In this document: in pieces, positions 1 through 4,520 of the stretch
How positions within the stretch are numbered: the stretch's first letter is position 1
How the letters are laid out: each line of letters starts with the position of its first letter
DNA from: a virus
Taxonomy: Duplodnaviria; Caudoviricetes
IMG/VR virus record: IMGVR_UViG_3300005805_000445
Location: 1 to 25,346 of that record
DNA length: 25,346 bases
Strand: one strand, 5' to 3'
Made by a program: the position numbers and the translations under genes
The notes under the pieces: generated by a model
What the model was told of the DNA's origin: nothing
Seen by the model: only the letters and a program-made list of their open reading frames with translations
The model's database searches: none

Positions 1-61
1 CGGTAGGAATCACTTTTGGGTCAATCTTACAGCAGACAATGACTGGGAGATTGAGTTCTAA
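1..61 (+). CDS. 3' end of a hypothetical protein (partial)
   Basis: Frame from nt 2 reads GRNHFWVNLTADNDWEIEF*; the TAA at 59-61 overlaps the first base of repeat copy 1. Confidence 0.6.
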   Translation, partial: GRNHFWVNLTADNDWEIEF

Positions 62-98
62 TTAAAGTTACTCACCTCCAAAGTGTCCTAGTAGTATG
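61..98 (+). repeat. 38-bp intergenic repeat, copy 1 (putative early promoter / cassette junction)
   Basis: attaaagttactcacctccaaagtgtcctagtagtatg; ends in the ATG of ORF 96. Confidence 0.95.
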
Positions 99-284
99 AC
101 CACTGACAAAACTTCCCAAATGTTTATTCTCAACGATACCGCAAAGAATGATCCTGCTGTTCAGATTGCAATGGCAAATTATATGAAACAGTTGCGGGCA
201 GAGGAAGATTATCGTAACAAAGTTCGCGCTGGTTTGATTACTCATACTCCTGCAACTTCCTGGAATATCTCTGACCGTCACTGA
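96..284 (+). CDS. hypothetical protein (62 aa; alternative in-frame start at 120)
   Basis: ORF track; starts at the repeat-terminal ATG; CGN-type Arg codons like neighbouring early-type ORFs. Confidence 0.75.
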   Translation: MTTDKTSQMFILNDTAKNDPAVQIAMANYMKQLRAEEDYRNKVRAGLITHTPATSWNISDRH

Positions 285-299
285 AATATATCTGAAATC

Positions 300-515
300 A
301 TGAAACTTTTCATCCTCAACAATGTCCTCTCTGATTGGACTTCTGGAATGGCAGTTATCGCTGCTGAGTCTAAAGAACAGTGCCGCGAGTTGTTTATAAA
401 AGAGTTCAGTGATTATCATGCTCATGAGTTTGATAACCATGCCAAGTTCACTGTTATCGAATCGGTAGGACTTGATGAAGCAGGTGTTATCTCTTATGAG
501 TACGGTGGAGGTTAG
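300..515 (+). CDS. hypothetical acidic protein (71 aa)
   Basis: ORF track; tightly packed and co-directional with neighbours. Confidence 0.8.
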   Translation: MKLFILNNVLSDWTSGMAVIAAESKEQCRELFIKEFSDYHAHEFDNHAKFTVIESVGLDEAGVISYEYGGG

Positions 516-520
516 TTTGA

Positions 521-673
521 ATGGCAATCAAAAGACTAACTTTCAAGTCTCCTTGTAAAGTGAAAACAATTCTGTTAATCTTCATCGTTGCGTTAACTCT
601 CTCACCTGGAGTTCGTAACATCACATCCCAAACATTGCACACCGTTGCCGACATTATTGCCCCCAATGATTGA
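521..673 (+). CDS. small hypothetical membrane protein (50 aa)
   Basis: Manual translation MAIKRLTFKSPCKVKTILLIFIVALTLSPGVRNITSQTLHTVADIIAPND*; basic N-terminus then a hydrophobic segment; fills the gap exactly. Confidence 0.7.
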   Translation: MAIKRLTFKSPCKVKTILLIFIVALTLSPGVRNITSQTLHTVADIIAPND

Positions 674-806
674 GACTGAATTCTATATTCTTTCCCAAGA
701 ACAATACGAGGAAAATCTACAGTTTGCAAATGAACTTGGTGTCACAGTAGACTACTTTTTACTGGAGTTTTGTGAGGTTGAAGGACCATACATTACCGTT
801 GATTAA
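666..806 (+). CDS. small acidic hypothetical protein (46 aa)
   Basis: Manual translation MIETEFYILSQEQYEENLQFANELGVTVDYFLLEFCEVEGPYITVD*; 8-nt overlap with the upstream ORF; TAA lies inside repeat copy 2. Confidence 0.75.
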   Translation: MIETEFYILSQEQYEENLQFANELGVTVDYFLLEFCEVEGPYITVD

Positions 807-839
807 AGTTACTCACCTTGAAAGTGTCCTAGTAGTATG
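802..839 (+). repeat. 38-bp intergenic repeat, copy 2
   Basis: attaaagttactcaccttgaaagtgtcctagtagtatg. Confidence 0.95.
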
Positions 840-1046
840 AACGCTTCCCAAACTTCCCAAATGTTTAAAGTCTATGCTGTGATCGGTGGTTTTGATTATG
901 AAGGTGAAAACTTCAAATCTCTCCGCTTATTTGATTGTTTCTCTTCTGCTGTTGCTTATCAAAAGCATCTAGAAGAGAATGAGGGTTTTGATTATGCTAT
1001 CCTGGACACTCGTGAGGTATGTCTAGAGTCTGCAATCGCTGCCTGA
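837..1046 (+). CDS. hypothetical protein (69 aa; alternative in-frame start at 861)
   Basis: ORF track; exactly fills the interval between repeat copies 2 and 3. Confidence 0.8.
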   Translation: MNASQTSQMFKVYAVIGGFDYEGENFKSLRLFDCFSSAVAYQKHLEENEGFDYAILDTREVCLESAIAA

Positions 1047-1083
1047 TTAAAGTTACTCACCTCCAAAGTGTCCTAGTAGTATC
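1046..1083 (+). repeat. 38-bp intergenic repeat, copy 3 (terminal ATG replaced by ATC)
   Basis: attaaagttactcacctccaaagtgtcctagtagtatc. Confidence 0.95.
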
Positions 1084-1101
1084 ACCACTGAACTTCCTAC
1101 C

Positions 1102-1419
1102 ATGCGAAAGATTGAACTCCAAATGAATAAAGCAATCATTGATTGCACTGACTGGAAAAAAGAGAACACTAAAGTTCTCTATTCTCCCGAACGTGATGCC
1201 TCTTATGTGTATCTTCACGGTAATCATATTGCAACGATTGGTGATACTTTCCTTGAACTTTATACCTGTGGTTATAGAACTGTAACCACCAAATCACGTC
1301 TCAATGCTATTCTGAAAGAACACGGAAATGATGCCCGTATTGTTCAATCAAACTTTGAATGGTTTGTGATTGATAACGGACAGAAAGTTCCTTTCACTGA
1401 AGGTATGGTACTTAACTGA
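1102..1419 (+). CDS. conserved cyanophage-type hypothetical protein (105 aa)
   Basis: ORF track; MRKIE...VYLHGNHIA...TTKSRLNA motifs recalled from T4-like cyanophage early-region hypotheticals. Confidence 0.85.
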   Translation: MRKIELQMNKAIIDCTDWKKENTKVLYSPERDASYVYLHGNHIATIGDTFLELYTCGYRTVTTKSRLNAILKEHGNDARIVQSNFEWFVIDNGQKVPFTEGMVLN

Positions 1420-1556
1420 TGAAAAAGTACATTTTCCAACACTGCAATAGCAATCACATCAAAACTATCATAGCAAGGTCAGAATACCAAGCAAGGAAAC
1501 AAAACTTTGGCAATCTTGCTGGTTATCTTTACTCTCACTCTGTCCCTCTTAACTGA
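1419..1556 (+). CDS. small hypothetical protein (45 aa)
   Basis: Manual translation MKKYIFQHCNSNHIKTIIARSEYQARKQNFGNLAGYLYSHSVPLN*; TGATG stop/start coupling at both ends. Confidence 0.7.
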   Translation: MKKYIFQHCNSNHIKTIIARSEYQARKQNFGNLAGYLYSHSVPLN

Positions 1557-1690
1557 TGTTCACAATCCGCTATTTCACTCCCTATCAGCAACAGTGGAGA
1601 ACTCAAACATTTGCTACACTTGATGAAGCAAATCGTATGGTAGACTTCTATCGCTCTTGTGGATCTCCTGCTGAACTTATCAACAACTGA
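1556..1690 (+). CDS. small cyanophage-type hypothetical protein (44 aa)
   Basis: Manual translation MFTIRYFTPYQQQWRTQTFATLDEANRMVDFYRSCGSPAELINN*; TGATG coupling. Confidence 0.8.
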   Translation: MFTIRYFTPYQQQWRTQTFATLDEANRMVDFYRSCGSPAELINN

Positions 1691-1697
1691 ACAATCA

Positions 1698-1925
1698 ATG
1701 ATTACTCTTACCACTGTTAATCTGCCTTTCATCATTAACAAGGAGAAGACGAAAGATGAGAGGCAAGAAGGTATGTTCTCTCTCTACTTTTACAGTCGGA
1801 AGATTATACATAACAACCAACTAAGGTATAAGTTTGAACCCCTAAGATTTGATGGTAAGCAAGCACGATTCAAGTCAAGAAAGGATGCCAAAGCATACGC
1901 AAGGTACAGATTAGGCATTGATTGA
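1698..1925 (+). CDS. basic hypothetical protein (75 aa), possible nucleic-acid binder
   Basis: Track ORF 1659..1925 re-started at ATG 1698 to avoid overlap; K/R-rich; followed by a terminator. Confidence 0.7.
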   Translation: MITLTTVNLPFIINKEKTKDERQEGMFSLYFYSRKIIHNNQLRYKFEPLRFDGKQARFKSRKDAKAYARYRLGID

Positions 1926-1936
1926 GTATATCATAG

Positions 1937-1962
1937 AGAGGGGATGTAACCCCTCTTTTTTT
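1937..1962 (+). terminator. Rho-independent terminator
   Basis: Stem agagggg(1937-1943)/cccctct(1950-1956), loop atgtaa, then a T-run to 1962. Confidence 0.85.
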
Positions 1963-1979
1963 ATGCCTATTTGTACGAT

Positions 1980-2097
1980 TTAAGGTAAAAAAACAATAAA
2001 AACCGATTAAAAATGTATTAAAAAATGTATATGAGTTTTCAACATACCTGTGGAAAAGTATGTTGAAACTGTGGAAAAGTATGTGTCTTATGTGTCT
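1980..2097. other. origin-like element: AT-rich tract plus DnaA-box cluster
   Basis: A-tracts with tandem attaaaaa(a)tgt (2006-2028); TGTGGAAAA (= TTTTCCACA on -) at 2049-2057 and 2070-2078 within a 16-bp direct repeat of period 21; TTTTCAACA at 2036-2044. Confidence 0.55.
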
Positions 2098-2157
2098 ATA
2101 AACACCTTTAATCCTTCGAATACGTTTATAATGTGCCGAGGTCTTGTGATCTTAGCG

Positions 2158-2186
2158 AGCATAACATAAGGACCGCACTTTGTCAA
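2158..2186 (-). promoter_or_regulatory. sigma70-type promoter firing leftward (no downstream ORF)
   Basis: Minus strand reads TTGACA-aagtgcggtccttatgt(17)-TATGCT with an extended -10 TG. Confidence 0.7.
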
Positions 2187-2258
2187 CCCCCAGGGTCACA
2201 AAATCCTCATAATCCCTCACACAAAATCCACCAAGTCCTCATAAATACTCAGCAGGAC

Positions 2259-2287
2259 TTGACAACAATCCTCAGGCATCTTAGACT
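2259..2287 (+). promoter_or_regulatory. sigma70-type promoter
   Basis: TTGACA(2259-2264)-N17-TAGACT(2282-2287), upstream of GGAG (2304-2307) and ATG 2315. Confidence 0.7.
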
Positions 2288-2314
2288 ACCTCTATACACA
2301 TTCGGAGCGTACTT

Positions 2315-2488
2315 ATGTCAGTTGCTTATAGTCAGGCACAGAAGCAGCGTTATAGAATCACTCTGGATCTATCAGTGTTCGGTGACTTCGACCCACACCA
2401 GATTGATTGGGAGAAGTTATTCAAGTTGGAACCTGCAGAGAAGTGTGATGCTTACGTTGAGGACTTAAGTACACCCGATCGCTGGTGA
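2315..2488 (+). CDS. small hypothetical protein (57 aa), cyanobacterial/cyanophage type
   Basis: Manual translation MSVAYSQAQKQRYRITLDLSVFGDFDPHQIDWEKLFKLEPAEKCDAYVEDLSTPDRW*; has its own promoter and a GGAG SD. Confidence 0.85.
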   Translation: MSVAYSQAQKQRYRITLDLSVFGDFDPHQIDWEKLFKLEPAEKCDAYVEDLSTPDRW

Positions 2489-2498
2489 TTGAAGGGGG

Positions 2499-2536
2499 AT
2501 TAAAGTTACTCACCTTGAAAGTGTCCTAGTAGTATG
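2499..2536 (+). repeat. 38-bp intergenic repeat, copy 4
   Basis: attaaagttactcaccttgaaagtgtcctagtagtatg. Confidence 0.95.
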
Positions 2537-2566
2537 AGAACGCCACACTCTACACGGCGTTCTCAT
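2534..2566 (+). promoter_or_regulatory. leader stem-loop
   Basis: Perfect 11-bp stem ATGAGAACGCC/GGCGTTCTCAT with an 11-nt loop, starting at the repeat-terminal ATG. Confidence 0.75.
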
Positions 2567-2592
2567 CACAAACTCTTTTGATTTTGATTAAC

Positions 2593-2937
2593 ATGAACAC
2601 TGCTCAAATCGTTTCCTTCACTGAAGCATTTCCCCCTGCACATAAGTTGACTGAAACCCTTGTGAACATTGACTATAAAAAGCATCTGAATTCGTATATG
2701 GATGCTGTTATGAATGTGTGTGCATTTATCGCTGTGATTGCTACTCTGATTGCCGATAAGTGGCAGGAGAATGATGTCACTGAGCGTCTGCAAATCGCTG
2801 CACTGAACGCATACACTTGGACCCGTAATGTTGCAGTCCCCGCTGTGAAGAACGCAGCACTGGGGACCTATCATGCAGGTCAGAAAGTGCGTGAGGTTTA
2901 TGATGTGATCTCGTCGCCTCTGTTCATTACTCTCTGA
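2593..2937 (+). CDS. hypothetical protein (114 aa) with one hydrophobic segment
   Basis: Track ORF 2578..2937 re-started at ATG 2593; segment AVMNVCAFIAVIATLIA. Confidence 0.8.
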   Translation: MNTAQIVSFTEAFPPAHKLTETLVNIDYKKHLNSYMDAVMNVCAFIAVIATLIADKWQENDVTERLQIAALNAYTWTRNVAVPAVKNAALGTYHAGQKVREVYDVISSPLFITL

Positions 2938-2946
2938 ACTGATACG

Positions 2947-2984
2947 ATTAAAGTTACTCACCTTCAAAGTGTCCTAGTAGTATG
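2947..2984 (+). repeat. 38-bp intergenic repeat, copy 5
   Basis: attaaagttactcaccttcaaagtgtcctagtagtatg. Confidence 0.95.
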
Positions 2985-3158
2985 AGCACACAAACCCGCT
3001 ACAACTTTCAGACTGGTCAATACGAACCTCTGCCCGATTATCTACTCAACTCTCCCAACTATTCGGGTGATTATGATGATAACTGGACCGCTGATGATTA
3101 TGATCGTCGTGCTGCAGAGCGTGATGGTTGGACATCTCAAGTTTGGGACGGTCGCTGA
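2982..3158 (+). CDS. small acidic D/Y/W-rich hypothetical protein (58 aa)
   Basis: Manual translation MSTQTRYNFQTGQYEPLPDYLLNSPNYSGDYDDNWTADDYDRRAAERDGWTSQVWDGR*; the only in-frame ATG is the repeat-terminal one. Confidence 0.75.
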   Translation: MSTQTRYNFQTGQYEPLPDYLLNSPNYSGDYDDNWTADDYDRRAAERDGWTSQVWDGR

Positions 3159-3179
3159 CTCTAACTCTTTCGCCTGATT

Positions 3180-3199
3180 CTTACACTTTTCCTGAAATG
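3180..3199 (+). repeat. 20-bp leader repeat, copy A
   Basis: cttacacttttcctgaaatg, identical to 3400-3419, ending in ATG. Confidence 0.9.
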
Positions 3200-3370
3200 T
3201 CTAACACTTTCCGAGTTGTAATCCCTACCGCTGATGGTATACAAGTCGCTGGAGAGTTTCCCACTTGGTTGAATGCATCTCTGTTTCAGCAAGTTATTCT
3301 CACTGATCGCAATCTTAAGTGTTCGGTTGAATCGTTCTGTAACGGGATGTGGTTAAGCGAGTGGGATTGA
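3197..3370 (+). CDS. hypothetical protein (57 aa)
   Basis: Track ORF 3128..3370 re-started at ATG 3197 (MSNTFRVVIP...), which follows the leader repeat. Confidence 0.75.
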   Translation: MSNTFRVVIPTADGIQVAGEFPTWLNASLFQQVILTDRNLKCSVESFCNGMWLSEWD

Positions 3371-3399
3371 TTCTCTCCATTCTCATTAACACTTTTCAC

Positions 3400-3419
3400 C
3401 TTACACTTTTCCTGAAATG
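3400..3419 (+). repeat. 20-bp leader repeat, copy B
   Basis: cttacacttttcctgaaatg. Confidence 0.9.
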
Positions 3420-3665
3420 ACTACCACTTTCCAACGCAATGTTCTCTCCACTGAGTATAATGGTTGGGAGAACTATGAGACCTGGAACGTTGCACTCTGG
3501 ATCAACAATGATGAGGGTTTGTATAACATCGCCCGTCGTTGTGTTGACTATAAGCAGTTCGTTGAAGATATCAGCGAATTCATGACACAAACTCCTGATG
3601 GTGTTGAGTGGAATGATCCTCGCGTAAATGTCATCCAGATCAATAGCGATGTGTTTGACTTCTAA
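3417..3665 (+). CDS. conserved phage hypothetical protein (YNGWxNYETWxVxLW family, 82 aa)
   Basis: ORF track; motif YNGWENYETWNVALWINND recalled from many phage hypotheticals. Confidence 0.85.
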   Translation: MTTTFQRNVLSTEYNGWENYETWNVALWINNDEGLYNIARRCVDYKQFVEDISEFMTQTPDGVEWNDPRVNVIQINSDVFDF

Positions 3666-3735
3666 GTAACACTCACTCCTGTCGCATGAGTATAAACTAG
3701 GCACCACACAGTTCACAACACTTTTCTTCTTTATT

Positions 3736-3906
3736 ATGTCTAAGACCGTGATGCTTTCCCTGCTGGCACAAGGTAACACTGGCACTGAGATTCTTTCGAT
3801 TCTTGATGCACTCACCTCTGATAATGTCGGCGGGTTTGATTATATCGAATCGCCCATGATTGAGAGTGCTCTGGGTATTCCTACTCTGGAGGAAGTAGCG
3901 TTCTGA
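3736..3906 (+). CDS. small acidic hypothetical protein (56 aa)
   Basis: Manual translation MSKTVMLSLLAQGNTGTEILSILDALTSDNVGGFDYIESPMIESALGIPTLEEVAF*; pyrimidine-rich leader; followed by a hairpin. Confidence 0.75.
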   Translation: MSKTVMLSLLAQGNTGTEILSILDALTSDNVGGFDYIESPMIESALGIPTLEEVAF

Positions 3907-3920
3907 TGTAGTCTAACTGT

Positions 3921-3955
3921 GTGCCCCTTGGTTGACACTGAGGGGCACTTATGTT
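3921..3955 (+). terminator. stem-loop, probable terminator of the small-ORF cluster
   Basis: gtgcccct(3921-3928)/aggggcac(3941-3948) followed by ttatgtt. Confidence 0.6.
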
Positions 3956-3960
3956 ATGCT
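3932..3960 (+). promoter_or_regulatory. sigma70-type promoter, twin of 2158-2186(-)
   Basis: TTGACA-ctgaggggcacttatgt(17)-TATGCT with an extended -10 TG. Confidence 0.7.
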
Positions 3961-3966
3961 TGGTTA

Positions 3967-4080
3967 TGATAGTGAATCGGCAGTGTTTTGCCGCCGATTT
4001 GTTATAGCGCCGCGCGGCGTTGCGGTTATAAAAACCCTTAAGTCCCTAACCTACAGAGGTGACAAATCGACCTCTAAATA
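3967..4080 (+). other. structured non-coding element (candidate ncRNA / origin primer)
   Basis: Hairpins aatcggc/gccgatt (3975-3999) and agaggt/acctct (4055-4075); perfect 12-bp palindrome CGCCGCGCGGCG (4008-4019); no credible ORF. Confidence 0.45.
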
Positions 4081-4107
4081 TCAACCTCTTAAAATTTTTC
4101 CGGAAGT

Positions 4108-4254
4108 ATGATAAGTCTCAGAAACCATCGCAGACGCCCATATTGGAACTTCTGGAAGGTTGTATTAGCGGGCTGGATGATTCGTTATCCTCGCCCCTTT
4201 TTTGTCGCACTAGGTTTTTGTGTAGTTCTGATATATAATGCAGTAACAAAATAA
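4108..4254 (+). CDS. small membrane protein (48 aa)
   Basis: Manual translation MISLRNHRRRPYWNFWKVVLAGWMIRYPRPFFVALGFCVVLIYNAVTK*; TAAATA at 4075-4080 upstream. Confidence 0.75.
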   Translation: MISLRNHRRRPYWNFWKVVLAGWMIRYPRPFFVALGFCVVLIYNAVTK

Positions 4255-4284
4255 AACTGAAAGAAAAAATTCCGGATATTTTTT

Positions 4285-4512
4285 ATGACTGCACAAGAAA
4301 AAATATATCACATATATGCAAAGGATCAGTGTTTATTTCATTCACTGAAGGAAGAAGAGTTTAAAAAAACTTGGAGTACCTTACATCAAATGGTTGGTGT
4401 AATGAAGACTGATTATAGTGTAGAGGATTTAAACTTTATAGAACTTTCTGCAGGTATCGGAGGGGGCGGAAACACTGGATCAGGAGATCCACAAGGTAGT
4501 CCATCTTATTAA
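4285..4512 (+). CDS. cyanophage-type hypothetical protein (75 aa)
   Basis: ORF track; YHIYAKDQCLFHSL motif. Confidence 0.8.
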   Translation: MTAQEKIYHIYAKDQCLFHSLKEEEFKKTWSTLHQMVGVMKTDYSVEDLNFIELSAGIGGGGNTGSGDPQGSPSY

Positions 4513-4520
4513 TCTTAAGA

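Noticed and set aside
2133-2468. 111-aa + strand track ORF
   Set aside because: Runs through promoters and repeats and overlaps, out of frame, the better-supported 2315..2488 ORF, which has a promoter and SD.
61-2984. 38-bp repeats as a CRISPR array
   Set aside because: Intervals are 244-1453 bp, irregular and filled by intact ORFs; no cas genes in the window.
61-2984. Repeats as integron attC sites or IS ends
   Set aside because: No GTTRRRY/RYYYAAC ends or long imperfect palindrome; no integrase or transposase in the window; all copies are direct repeats.
72-3815. Minus-strand track ORFs 72..527, 487..729, 1535..1741, 2566..2967 and 3396..3815
   Set aside because: Antisense shadows of tightly packed + strand genes, with no recognisable motifs.
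3967-4080. tRNA in the structured island
   Set aside because: No cloverleaf, TTCGA T-loop or acceptor stem could be built.
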